From assembly GCA_026004015.1 (NCBI GenBank), contig BPIH01000005.1, positions 31,598 through 95,597 on the forward strand: a stretch of DNA of 64,000 nt, given 5' to 3'. The stretch comes from Chloroflexota bacterium (GTDB taxonomy: Bacteria; Chloroflexota; Limnocylindria; Limnocylindrales; CSP1-4). Position numbers and translations under genes: made by a program. The notes under the pieces were generated by a model, which had not been told where the DNA came from, did not search any database, and saw nothing but the letters and a program-made list of their open reading frames with translations. This document shows, one piece after another, positions 17,753-26,905 of this stretch. Position 1 is the first letter of the stretch, and the number at the start of each line of letters is the position of its first letter.

Positions 17753-19048
17753 ATGGAGGTGGTCGGCGTGGACAACGTCTACCTTGTCGCCGCGCTTTGG
17801 ATCGGCATCGCGCTCGCTGCCAGTCTCATCTCGATTCGACTCGGGGTGTCGGTCGCCCTCATCGAGATCGGGCTGGGGATCGTCGCCGGGAACTCGATCG
17901 GCCTCAGGACGACCCCCTGGATCGACGTCCTGGCTGGCTTCGGGTCCGTCATCCTCACGTTCCTCGCCGGCGCCGAGATCGACCCGGCCTCCCTCCGGCG
18001 TCATCTGCGGGCGAGCCTCGCCATCGGAGCCGTCTCCTTCGCCGCACCCTTCGTGGCGGCGTGGGTGTTCGCCTACGTCGTCGCCGGCTGGGACATGGCG
18101 GCGAGCCAGATCGCCGGCGTCGCGCTCTCGACGACCTCGGTCGCCGTCGTCTACGCGGTCATGGTCGAATCCGGGCTCGCCGGCGCGGAGATCGGCAAGC
18201 TCATCCTCGCCGCCTGCTTCGTGACCGACCTCGGGACGGTGTTGGCGCTGGGGATCCTCTTCGCGAACGTGAGCCCGCTCCTCGTCCTCTTCGGGATCGT
18301 CGCGGCGGCGGTTCTCCTCACCGTCGGCCGGGTGACGCGCTGGTTCGTGGAGCGGTTCCCGGACCGCGTCTCGGAGCCCGAGACGAAGTTCCTCCTGTTC
18401 GTCCTCTTCGCCCTCGGCGGCCTCGCCTCGACGGTAGGGAGCGAAGCCGTCCTGCCGGCGTACCTCCTGGGTCTCGCGGCGGCGGGCGTCCTGGCCGAGA
18501 GCCGAGTCCTGGTGACGCGGATCCGGGCGACGGCGTTCAGCCTCCTCACGCCCTTCTACTTCATCAAGGCGGGACTCTTCGTCTCGCTCCCCGCCGTCGC
18601 CGCCGGGATCGGGCTCATCGCCGTGCTCTTCGCGGTCAAGGTTGGAACGAAGACGATCGGGGTTTGGCCGGTCAGCCGCGCCTTCGGCCTTCCGCCCCGA
18701 GAGGCGAACTACACAACCCTCCTCATGTCGACGGGGCTCACCTTCGGGACGATCTCGGCGCTGTTCGGGCTGAACCGCGGCTACATCGATCAGACGGCGT
18801 ACACCGTCCTCGTGACCGTCGTCATCCTCTCCGCCGTCGTCCCGACGCTGCTGGCGACGACGTTCTTCACCCCGGCGCTGGCGAGCCCGGAAGACACAGA
18901 GGAGTTCGACGCGGCCGAGGAGATCGACGCCGGCCTCCTGCCGCGACCCGAGTCGTGGACACCAGCGGCCGGATCCTCCAGGCGTGGGTCTCGGGACGGG
19001 GCGGAGGCCGATGAGCGAGCGATCTACGGCGAGGCCGAATCGGCCTGA
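17753..19048 (+). CDS. cation:proton antiporter, CPA2 (Kef/NapA-like) family
   Basis: Intact 431-aa ORF with typical Na_H_Exchanger sequence (SVALIEIGLGIVAGN...LTFLAGAEID...STTSVAVVY...). The real start may be GTG 17768, after the SD GGAGGTG. Confidence 0.85.
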   Translation: MEVVGVDNVYLVAALWIGIALAASLISIRLGVSVALIEIGLGIVAGNSIGLRTTPWIDVLAGFGSVILTFLAGAEIDPASLRRHLRASLAIGAVSFAAPFVAAWVFAYVVAGWDMAASQIAGVALSTTSVAVVYAVMVESGLAGAEIGKLILAACFVTDLGTVLALGILFANVSPLLVLFGIVAAAVLLTVGRVTRWFVERFPDRVSEPETKFLLFVLFALGGLASTVGSEAVLPAYLLGLAAAGVLAESRVLVTRIRATAFSLLTPFYFIKAGLFVSLPAVAAGIGLIAVLFAVKVGTKTIGVWPVSRAFGLPPREANYTTLLMSTGLTFGTISALFGLNRGYIDQTAYTVLVTVVILSAVVPTLLATTFFTPALASPEDTEEFDAAEEIDAGLLPRPESWTPAAGSSRRGSRDGAEADERAIYGEAESA

Positions 19049-19434
19049 CGCGCCGTCGATCGGCGCCCGACCCTCCGAGGACGCACCGGCGCTCGGGGCG
19101 GCCGGCGAGGACGGCGCGGTCGGGGTCGGGAGCTCGGCGGCAGCGCCGGAGGCGGACGGCTGGTGGACCGGGCTCCTGAGCGAGGCCGGTCTCCGCGCCG
19201 AATTCGAGCGGGGCGCCTGCCCGATCTGCACGGCGGCGACGGGCTCATCGCGAACGCCCGTCCGAGCCGCCCGAACCCGGCCCGCTGACCCGCGTCCCCG
19301 CCGGGTCCGCCACCCGAGCTCCGTCACCCTTCGAGGAGCGCGAGGCCGGGCACGGTCCACGTCCTCGATCTCCCTGGGCGGGGATTCGGGGCTGTGGGCG
19401 GAATTCGCCGGACGAACGGGGTGCCTGGTCCGCG

Positions 19435-20304
19435 TCAGTCCTCCGCCCAATCCCCCACGAAGAAGAAGGCGCCGCTCGATGGGGGGATGGGCGCTTGGAC
19501 CTCGAGCCACCGGACCGGGGTGTCGGTGGTGTTCGAGAAGCCGTGCAGGGCGTTCACCTCCGGCGAACACGAGGTCACCTGGCCCGACCTCGACGGTGTC
19601 GTCCTCGAGGTGGGCCAGGGCCGTCCCGGAGAGGATGTAGTACGTCTCCTCGAAGGGGTGGAAGTGCTGCCCGCCGAGGGTCATCCGTCGCCCGGTGGGT
19701 TCGAACTGGACGACGAAGAGCGTGTGGTGGGTAGCGCCCACCACCTCGTCGACGAGCATGGCGAGGCCGACGTTCGTGCGGCCAGGGGACCGAAACCCCT
19801 TCATCTGGAGGGGACCGGGGCCAGGGAGAAGGCTGTCGTCGAAGTGCCCGACGAAGCGACGGCCGCGATCCCGTACCTCCACCGGGCGCCCGTTCGTCGG
19901 CGGGGCGACGGACGGCTCGGGATAGCTCCCGAGCGCCCGGCCCAGGCGTCGCGGCTGGGGGCGATCGAGTGCGGAGCCAGCGCACCGGCTGCGTGCCGGG
20001 GTTCCGCCAGGCGTGGGGGGGTGGAGACGGGGGCGTACCCCCAGTCGTGGGCCACGAGGTGGTAGGAGCGATCGGCCAGGGTGACGAGCACCTCTCCCTC
20101 GAGGATGTAGAAGGACTCCTCGAAGGGGTGGAGGTGGCCCTCGATCGTCCCGCCTGGAGCCAGCTCGACAAGCGCCACTTCGAGATGGAGGGCCCCCTCC
20201 GCCGGACCGGCCAGGATGGCCTGGGCGACGCCCTGGCAGATGCCGTCAGCCTCGACCGGTTGCAGGGGGCGCTCGCTCGCCTTCGTGACTGCCCAGCTGG
20301 CCAT
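19435..20304 (-). pseudogene. bicupin protein (two cupin domains), 3 frame changes
   Basis: MASWAVTK...[19 protein letters not shown]...[11 protein letters not shown]. Then [14 protein letters not shown] in a second frame (shift at a C7 run, about 20012). Then [20 protein letters not shown]...[19 protein letters not shown]...GDLVFAG in a third frame. Then VNALHGFSNTTDTPVRWLEVQ...FFFVGDWAED* back in the first frame. SD GAGGAGGAAGG precedes ATG 20304. Confidence 0.7.
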
Positions 20305-20482
20305 GCCTTCCTCCTCAGTCCACGTGCCCCCAGTCCACGTTCCGGGCCCCGGGGACCGTTCATCCAACCGGGCGACAGGATACGGCGCGTCATGAGCCGT
20401 CGATGTGATGCCGAGCCCAGATCATCCCGATCCGGCCCCAGGAGGGCGCAAGCGGGTGCGGGGAAGCCGCGGTCGGTCCCCG

Positions 20483-22111
20483 TCAGGCCTCGAGATGGGC
20501 GAGGGCCGGGCACGGTCAGAAACTCGACGAACTCGTCGGCGAGGACGAGCCGATCGAGGAGCTCCTCCGCGGCCGGTCCCGTCGGGAGCCGCTCGAGCCC
20601 GACCGTCGCGGCCTCCTCCTCCCGGAGCCCGCCGATATCCGTCCGGCCGTGAGCGGCTCGCCGTCGACGGCGACCCGGATCGCCGCCAGAGCCAGAGGAG
20701 CGAGCGGGCGATCTCGGCCGTCGCCGCGTCCTCCATGAGGCTGTTGATGGCGACGGCGCCGCTCCCGGCGAGCCAGGCCGCCAGGTACTGGAGGGCGACC
20801 GAGACGTTCGAGCGGAGCCCGGCCTCGGTGACCCCGGCCCCCGGGACGGCGAAGTCGAGGAGGGCCTCGGCCGTCGACCGGTTCGCCCGGCCGCTCGAGC
20901 TGGTTCGGTCGCTCGCCGAGGGTCGCGTCGAAGACGGCCCGGGCCACCGGGACGAGATCGGGGTGGGCGACCCACGTCCCGTCGAAGCCGTCGGCTGCCT
21001 CCCGCTCCTTGTCCTCCCGGACCTTGGCGAAGGCGAGCTCGTTCGCCGAGGGGTCGCGGCGGCTCGGGACGTAGGCGGCCATCCCCCCGATGGCGTGGGC
21101 CCCGCGGCGGTGGCAGACCTCGACGAGCCGGCGGGTGTAGGCCCGCATGAAGGGGACGGTCATCGTCAGGGCCGCCCGGTCGGGCAGGACGAGGCCGCTC
21201 GCCCGGAAGGTCTTGATGATGCTGAAGAGGTAGTCCCAGCGGCCGGCGTTCAACCCCGTGGCGTGCTCGCCGAGGGCGAAGAGGATCTCCTCCATCTCGA
21301 GGGCGGCGAGGACGTGCTCGATGAGGACCGTCGCCCGGATCGAGCCCGGCGGGAGCCCGAGGCGCGCCTCGGCGAAGGCGAAGACGTCGTGCCAGAGGGC
21401 GGCCTCGGCGGCGTCTCTGGAGCTTCGGGAGGTAGAGGTACGGGCCCGAGCCGCGCTCGAGGAGCTCGCGGGCGTTGTGCCAGAGGAAGAGCCCGGTGTC
21501 GAAGAGCGAGGCGCTCACCGGCTGCCCCGTCGAGCCGGACCCGCGGCTCGTCGAGGTGCCAGCCCCGCGGTCGGACGACGAGCGTCGCCGATCCGCTCGG
21601 CCAGCCGATAGCGCCGGCCGTCGGGGGCGTCGTACGCGAGCCGCCGGCGGACCGCCGCGGCGATGTTCGCCTGCCCCTCGACGACGTTCGCCCAGGTCGG
21701 GCTGAGGGCGTCCTCGAGGTCGGCCATGAAGACCGAGGCGCCCGAGTTCAGGGCGTTGATCATCATCTTCGCCTCGGCCGGGCCGGTGATCTCGACCCGC
21801 CGATCGCGCAGGTCGGGCGGTGCGTCGGGAACCCGCCACCCCGGGGCGTGGGCCGGACCCGGGGGCGGCTCGGACGGGCGCTCGCCGGCGTCGATGGCGG
21901 CCTGCCGTTCGGCGCGGGCGGCGAGGAGGCGCCGCCGGGCGTGTCGGAACTCGCGCTCGAGCTCGGCGACGAAGGCGAGGGCCTCGGGGGTGAGGACGGT
22001 CTCGACCGCCGCCGGGTTCGGGCGATGGCGCCCGGGGCGGATCTCGAGGCCGTCGAGCGGGGCGCTGCGTCGCTCGGCGATGACCGCGGGGGTGCGGGTC
22101 AGCGGCTCCAC
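20483..22111 (-). pseudogene. aceB: malate synthase A, about 6 frame changes
   Basis: The GTG lies 2 nt after the isocitrate lyase stop. Family blocks are found in alternating frames: ...[34 protein letters not shown]..., [12 protein letters not shown]...[43 protein letters not shown]...[40 protein letters not shown]..., ...[44 protein letters not shown], ...[21 protein letters not shown]. Junctions at about 21583, 21418, 20888, 20688, 20644 and 20506. Confidence 0.85.
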
Positions 22112-22113
22112 GG

Positions 22114-23409
22114 CTAGACGACCTTGTCGTCGGGGAGCGCCTCGACGAACTGAAGCCCGAGCCGGGCAGCTTCGTAGGCCGAGCCGACGAGGTGGTGGTA
22201 CGGAACGCCCGAGAACTCGTGGTGGCTGCGGGTCGGCCAGTACGTCCCCTCGGCCCACTCCGCCCGCTGGAGCTCGATGTAGCCCTCCTCCTGCCGCTCG
22301 GCCATGGCCGCCAGGAGGCGCGACAGGCCGAGGCCGTTCGCGTGCTGACCACCGAGGGTGATGAAGATGAACCGGAAGCCGAGCTCGGCGAGCTCGCTGA
22401 AGCGGAGCGGGTTCGGGTCGTTGAACCACTTGAAGCTCGACGACCAGTTGAAGGCGAAGCGAGCTTCCGGGAAGCGCCGACGAACCTCCGTGGCGAAGGT
22501 CTCGACGGGGCCGCGATCGGCCGTCGGGAACTCGCACCAGACGAGGTCGGGGATGCCCGTGTCGAGGTAGCGCAGGGCTCGCTCGATGCCGAGGCTGAGG
22601 CCGCGGGTCGGCTCGGGCGCGTCGACGGCCGAGACACCGTCGGTCCGGGCGATGACGACGAAGTCGGGGTTGCCGACGTCGTCGGCCACGGCCCGCATCA
22701 TCCGGAGCTTGCCGATCATCTCGGTGGCCGGGACGAGGGCCTTGCCGCCGATGTGGCCGCAGCGCTTCGGGAAGACCTGGTCCTCGAGGTGGGCCCCGGC
22801 GACGCCGGCCGTCACGAGGAGCTCGGTCTGGCGCTGGACGTTGAAGAGGTTCCCGTAGCCCGCGTCCATGTCGACGACGACGGGCGGGATGTCGAGGTGG
22901 CGGGGCGGGATCCCCTTCTCGGGGTCGCCGACGGCCATGGTCAGCTGGAACTTCCGGAGGGCCATCACGGTCCGGCGGGCGGCGTCGGCGATCTCGACCC
23001 CGTTGTAGAGGTCCATGTCGGTTGTGCCGAGGTGGCCGATGGCGAACGAGTAGCCGCTGAAGTAGACGGCCCGGAAGCCGTAGTACATGACGAGCTGGGC
23101 TCCGAAGGGGTCGTAGACGCCGGGGCCGAAGAGGTACGGCTCGGTCGCCAGGAGCTCGCGCATCCGAACCGAGGGATGGACCCAGCGGGTCGCCGGGACG
23201 GCGTAGCCCTCGGGGAGGAGGGGCGTGGCGACGAGGGGGGCTCGGCTCGTTCCGACCCGCGGCCCGGGGTGGACGTCGCTGCGTTCCCCGTTGGCGCCGT
23301 CGGTGCCGGCCACGCCCTCGGCATCGGGCCGCCGGGCCGGGCGCCGATGACGGTCGCCTTCTGCTCGGCCGGGGAAGGGGATGGTGCGGCGTCGCTCGTC
23401 GTCGATCAT
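22114..23409 (-). CDS. aceA: isocitrate lyase family protein (ICL/PEP-mutase superfamily)
   Basis: Intact 431-aa ORF with the catalytic-loop signature [11 protein letters not shown]. Lies directly upstream of malate synthase. The N-terminal ~80 aa are low-complexity, so the true start may be internal. Confidence 0.75.
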   Translation of the reverse strand: MIDDERRRTIPFPGRAEGDRHRRPARRPDAEGVAGTDGANGERSDVHPGPRVGTSRAPLVATPLLPEGYAVPATRWVHPSVRMRELLATEPYLFGPGVYDPFGAQLVMYYGFRAVYFSGYSFAIGHLGTTDMDLYNGVEIADAARRTVMALRKFQLTMAVGDPEKGIPPRHLDIPPVVVDMDAGYGNLFNVQRQTELLVTAGVAGAHLEDQVFPKRCGHIGGKALVPATEMIGKLRMMRAVADDVGNPDFVVIARTDGVSAVDAPEPTRGLSLGIERALRYLDTGIPDLVWCEFPTADRGPVETFATEVRRRFPEARFAFNWSSSFKWFNDPNPLRFSELAELGFRFIFITLGGQHANGLGLSRLLAAMAERQEEGYIELQRAEWAEGTYWPTRSHHEFSGVPYHHLVGSAYEAARLGLQFVEALPDDKVV

Positions 23410-23474
23410 GACCTCCTCACCTCGTGCTGGGATGGTGGCCGTTCGCCTGGAACTGTCGCTGGGGCGATCGCCCG

Positions 23475-23669
23475 CTACTCGTTCGGGTGGTCACGCCCGC
23501 AGGCGTCGGGGCAGCGACACTCGGCGGTGAGCGGGTCGTCGACGGTCGGCCGCGGGTGGTCGGCGCTCGATCTCGGGTCCAGGACCTCGTCGAGGGGAAC
23601 GCCGATCATCCACAGATGGTCGAGGGCGACGATCTGGCGATCGACGAGGGCCTTCAGGCGGGCGTTCAT
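23475..23669 (-). CDS. small hypothetical protein (64 aa, Cys-rich C-terminus) heading the glyoxylate-shunt operon
   Basis: ATG 23669 is preceded by the SD GGGGAGG. Sequence MNARLKALVDRQIVALDHLWMIGVPLDEVL...TAECRCPDACGRDHPNE. No family recognised. Confidence 0.45.
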   Translation of the reverse strand: MNARLKALVDRQIVALDHLWMIGVPLDEVLDPRSSADHPRPTVDDPLTAECRCPDACGRDHPNE

Positions 23670-23779
23670 CGGGTACCTCCCCTGGGTGCATCGGGTTCGG
23701 CGTTTTGCGCGTCGGGCTCGGGCTGGCCCCGGCTGACTGCCGGGGCTCTCATGCTGGCACGGCGAGGACGATAAGTCCA

Positions 23780-23794
23780 ATCGAATGATTCGAT
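23780..23794. promoter_or_regulatory. LysR-type T-N11-A box with perfect dyad (ATCGAAT-G-ATTCGAT)
   Basis: Read directly in the AT-richer divergent region between 23669(-) and the LysR gene start 23859(+). Confidence 0.6.
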
Positions 23795-23858
23795 CTAGCG
23801 GATAGACAGGCCTTATGATTTGCGCGTCGCTCCGGTCGCATCGCCGAAGGAGGTCGCG

Positions 23859-24794
23859 GTGCTCCTCGCCCAGATCGAAGGCTTCCTCGAAATCGCCCGG
23901 CAGGGCAACCTCAGTCGGGCCGCTGCAGCGCTCCACGTCACCCAGCCGGCCCTGACGGCTCGGCTGGCTGGCCTCGAGCGGGAGCTCGGGACGCCCCTCT
24001 TTCGGCGCTCGCATCGGGGCATGGAACTCACCGACGCCGGCCGGGCCTTCCTTCCCTACGCCGAGCGGGCCCTGGCCGCCCTCCGGGACGGTCGGGCGCT
24101 CGTCGCCGAGCTCCGTCGGGGCGCGGCCGGGGAGCTCGTCCTCGGCGCTGCGCCCGCGGTGAGCACGTACGTCCTGCCCGGCCTCCTCAGCCGCTACACG
24201 CGGCGCCACCCGTCGGTCCGGCTCGTCGTCCGAACCGGCCACTCCGAGGAGATCGTCGAGCTCGTCCTTCGGGACGAGGTGGCGGTGGGGCTCATCCGGG
24301 AGATCCGGCACCCCGGCCTCGAGGTTCGCCCCCTCTACGAGGATCGCCTCGTCCTCGTCGTGCCGCCGGGCCACCCCTTCGCCGCGGAGGGTCAGATCGA
24401 GCTCGCCGAGATCGCCGAGACCCGGATGATCCTCTTCGATCGGACGTCGAGCTACTACGAGCTCACCCACGCCCTCTTTCGGTCGGCCGGGGTGGCCCCG
24501 CGGAGCGTCATCGAGCTCGACAACATCGACGCCGCCAAGCAGATGGTGGGTCAGGGGCTCGGGGTCGCCCTCCTACCGGCGACGGCCGTCGCCGCCGAGC
24601 TCGCCGCTGGTCGGCTCGTGAGGGTGGCGATCCGGGACGCGGTCCCGCCCCGCCGGCGGATCGTCGCCGTCCGCCGCGCCGACGCCGGCCCGATGAGCCA
24701 CCCCGTGGCCGCCTTCTACGAGGTCCTCGGTGGGATCGGGGCCGTCCTGTCCGAGGGGCGGCCCGTCGACCCGCGTCTCGAGCCGTCGGCCTGA
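23859..24794 (+). CDS. LysR-family transcriptional regulator
   Basis: HTH LLAQIEGFLEIARQGNLSRAAAALHVTQPALTARLAGLERELGTPLF plus a LysR substrate domain. The GTG at 23859 follows the SD GAAGGAGG. The ORF track starts it at 23820. Confidence 0.85.
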   Translation: MLLAQIEGFLEIARQGNLSRAAAALHVTQPALTARLAGLERELGTPLFRRSHRGMELTDAGRAFLPYAERALAALRDGRALVAELRRGAAGELVLGAAPAVSTYVLPGLLSRYTRRHPSVRLVVRTGHSEEIVELVLRDEVAVGLIREIRHPGLEVRPLYEDRLVLVVPPGHPFAAEGQIELAEIAETRMILFDRTSSYYELTHALFRSAGVAPRSVIELDNIDAAKQMVGQGLGVALLPATAVAAELAAGRLVRVAIRDAVPPRRRIVAVRRADAGPMSHPVAAFYEVLGGIGAVLSEGRPVDPRLEPSA

Positions 24795-25036
24795 CAACCG
24801 ACGCTCGGGCCGCTACCAGCGCCGTCCAGAAACCCGTGGCCGATTCGGACGAAGACGTGCCCGAGCCGCGCCCGCAGACGGACCGAGGTGGTTCCCTCGC
24901 CCGACCGCCGGTCGTCGCCAGCATCCCGGTCGCAAGCGCCCCGACGAAAGTCTCGCTCGCGGGCGAGCTCCTGCACGAGGGCCTCTCGCTCGCGGTGAAG
25001 CAGCCAGACGAGCGCTTCGTGATCGTGGAGCGACAT
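24716..25036 (-). CDS. hypothetical protein (weak call)
   Basis: A very good SD (GAAGGAGGAACG) lies directly before ATG 25036, and the first ~30 aa look plausible (MSLHDHEALVWLLHREREALVQELARERDF). The remainder is Arg/Gly-rich and overlaps the LysR 3' end, so it may be frame-disrupted. Confidence 0.3.
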   Translation of the reverse strand: MSLHDHEALVWLLHREREALVQELARERDFRRGACDRDAGDDRRSGEGTTSVRLRARLGHVFVRIGHGFLDGAGSGPSVGCQADGSRRGSTGRPSDRTAPIPPRTS

Positions 25037-25070
25037 CGTTCCTCCTTCGGCCGGGCTCCGGGCAGGGCCG

Positions 25071-25104
25071 GGCGACCGGCGGGGCGACCGGCGGGGCGAC
25101 CGGC
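25071..25104. repeat. 12-nt tandem repeat (GGCGACCGGCGG x2.8)
   Basis: Read directly: units at 25071..25082, 25083..25094 and 25095..25104. Confidence 0.8.
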
Positions 25105-25148
25105 CCACTTCGCCGGGTCGCCGAACGCGACGTGTGCACCGTATCGGC

Positions 25149-25175
25149 TATTCCTGCCACATTCCGGCAGGAATA
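25149..25175. promoter_or_regulatory. 10-bp perfect inverted repeat TATTCCTGCC-N7-GGCAGGAATA in an AT-richer patch
   Basis: Arms at 25149..25158 and 25166..25175, 17 nt upstream of ATG 25192. Function unknown (operator or hairpin). Confidence 0.4.
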
Positions 25176-25191
25176 CGGCCAGCATCCAGCC

Positions 25192-25653
25192 ATGCGAGCG
25201 AGGCGGGAGACCTGGTCCCTCGTCGCCCGCCGGGATGGGCTCCTTCGGACGTACCGCGTGTCTCGGATCGTCGGCGCGAGGGCGACCGGCGAGCGATTCG
25301 AGCGCCCGCCCGATTTCGACCTCGCCGCCACCTGGTCGCAGATGACCGCCGACCTCGAAGCGGGCCCGGGGGAGCGACCGCCCTACCGGGTGACGCTCCG
25401 ACTCTCCGCCGCGGGTGCGACCGAGCTCGCCTCGATCCTCGGGGAGGCGCGGGCTCGGGTCGCCCTCGACGCTGCCGGGCCGGCCGACGAGGATGGCTGG
25501 CGCAGGGTCGTCGCGGATCTCGAGAACCCCGGCTGGGCGCACGAGGTCGCCCTGCGTCTGGCCGATCGCGCCGAGGTGCTCGCCCCCGCCGAGCTCCGGA
25601 TCCGGGTCGCCACCACGGCTCGGGCGTTCGCCGCGCGGTACCTCGGAGGCTGA
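25192..25653 (+). pseudogene. C-terminal fragment of a WYL-domain (YafY/PafBC-like) regulator; no HTH
   Basis: ETWSLVARRDGLLRTYRVSRIVGARATGERFERPPDFDL (end of a WYL domain) plus a WCX-like tail. The N-terminal HTH and the first half of the WYL domain are absent. Compare the full-length paralogue at 28330..29337. Confidence 0.55.
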
Positions 25654-25823
25654 TTCGGCCGGCGCTGGCGTCTCGAGGTCCTGGGCCCTCGGGTTCCGTG
25701 CCGCAACCCGTTGGCGGGTGCGCAAACCGCTCGAGGCTCGTCCCCCACGATCCGACTTCTCACCGACCTTCTGTCCATTTGTCCCTCGTCAGCCCCGATG
25801 ACTCGGAGTATCGTTGCCGGGTC

Positions 25824-26615
25824 ATGGACGACCCATCGACGCGAGTGGCCGAGACGACCGGCTCCACCCTCCGGCCCGACACTCGGCACTGGCTCCTCGC
25901 CCTCGCCCGAGCGGCGGTCGGCGGAGCGGCCGAGGCGTACCGTGACGGCCGACTCCAGGAGCTCGAGGAGCGACTCGCTGCCTACGCGCCGCCCGGTGCC
26001 GAGGCGCGTCGGGAGGCCGACCGGGCGACCGATTCGGAAGCGCCGGGTGCCGGGCAGCCCGCGGCCGGCCTGCCGGAGCGGGCGAGCCAGCAGCTCGTTC
26101 GGCCGGCGGCCGCCTTCGTGACGCTCACGACCGCCGGGGAGCTCCGGGGCTGCATGGGCCGGCTCGACGCCGAGCGGCCCCTCTGGGAGAACGTCCGCGA
26201 CGCCGCCATCGCCGCCGCCATCGGCGATCCCCGGTTCCCGCCCTTGACTCCCGAGGAGGTACCGGGGGTTCGGATCGAGATCTCGATCCTGAGCCCACTC
26301 ACCGAGATCGCCGACGCCGCCGAGTTCGACGCCGAGCGGCACGGGATCGTCGTCGAGGCGGCCGGGCGGCGGGCCCTCCTCCTGCCGAAGGTCGCCCGGG
26401 AGCAGGGCTGGGACGAGGCGTCGACGCTGGCCGCGGTGTGCCGGAAGGCGGGCCTGCCGCCGGACGCCTGGCGCTGGCCGGAGGCGCGTCTCTGGGTCTT
26501 CGAGGCCGAGGACTTCGGCGAGGCCGAGTGGTCGGGCGCCGACGCCGCCGGCGGGGCGGGTCACCCTGACGGCCACTCGGGCGGTGGGGGCCGGCCGAGC
26601 GGAGGTGAGGCGTGA
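25824..26615 (+). CDS. AMMECR1-domain protein
   Basis: AAFVTLTTAGELRGCMGRL...DPRFPPLTPEEVPGVRIEISILSPL...GIVVEAAGRRALLLPKVAREQGWD is characteristic of AMMECR1. Confidence 0.8.
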   Translation: MDDPSTRVAETTGSTLRPDTRHWLLALARAAVGGAAEAYRDGRLQELEERLAAYAPPGAEARREADRATDSEAPGAGQPAAGLPERASQQLVRPAAAFVTLTTAGELRGCMGRLDAERPLWENVRDAAIAAAIGDPRFPPLTPEEVPGVRIEISILSPLTEIADAAEFDAERHGIVVEAAGRRALLLPKVAREQGWDEASTLAAVCRKAGLPPDAWRWPEARLWVFEAEDFGEAEWSGADAAGGAGHPDGHSGGGGRPSGGEA

Positions 26616-26896
26616 CCGCCTCTCGCGATGTCGTCTTCCGCGACCGCTACGGCCTTCACCCCCGAGCCGCCATGCGGATCAGCCAGACTGCGGCGCGCTT
26701 CTCGGCACGGGTGACCCTCGAAGACCTGACCGCCGGTTCGCCGCCGGTAGAGGCGCGGAGCATGCTCGCCCTCGTCGGGGCTGCCATTCGGGCGGGCAAC
26801 CGGGTCCGGGTGGCGGCCGACGGGGACGACGGCGAGGCGGCCGCCGCGGCCATCGCCGACCTCCTCGAAGGGGGCGTCTGCCACCCCGGCGGGTAG
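26612..26896 (+). CDS. HPr-family phosphocarrier-like protein
   Basis: 94 aa. GLHPRAA (the His-15 region is GLHARPA in canonical HPr) and ARSMLALVG (Ser-46 region). The GTG overlaps the AMMECR1 stop (GTGA). Confidence 0.65.
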   Translation: MTASRDVVFRDRYGLHPRAAMRISQTAARFSARVTLEDLTAGSPPVEARSMLALVGAAIRAGNRVRVAADGDDGEAAAAAIADLLEGGVCHPGG

Positions 26897-26905
26897 CCGG
26901 GGCTC

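Noticed and set aside
18984-19640. 218-aa ORF with a CPIC motif (…WWTGLLSEAGLRAEFERGACPICTAA…) in the convergent gap between the CPA2 gene and the bicupin.
   Set aside because: Only about 30 aa look protein-like and the rest is low-complexity in every frame. It may be a heavily decayed remnant, but I cannot support a CDS call.
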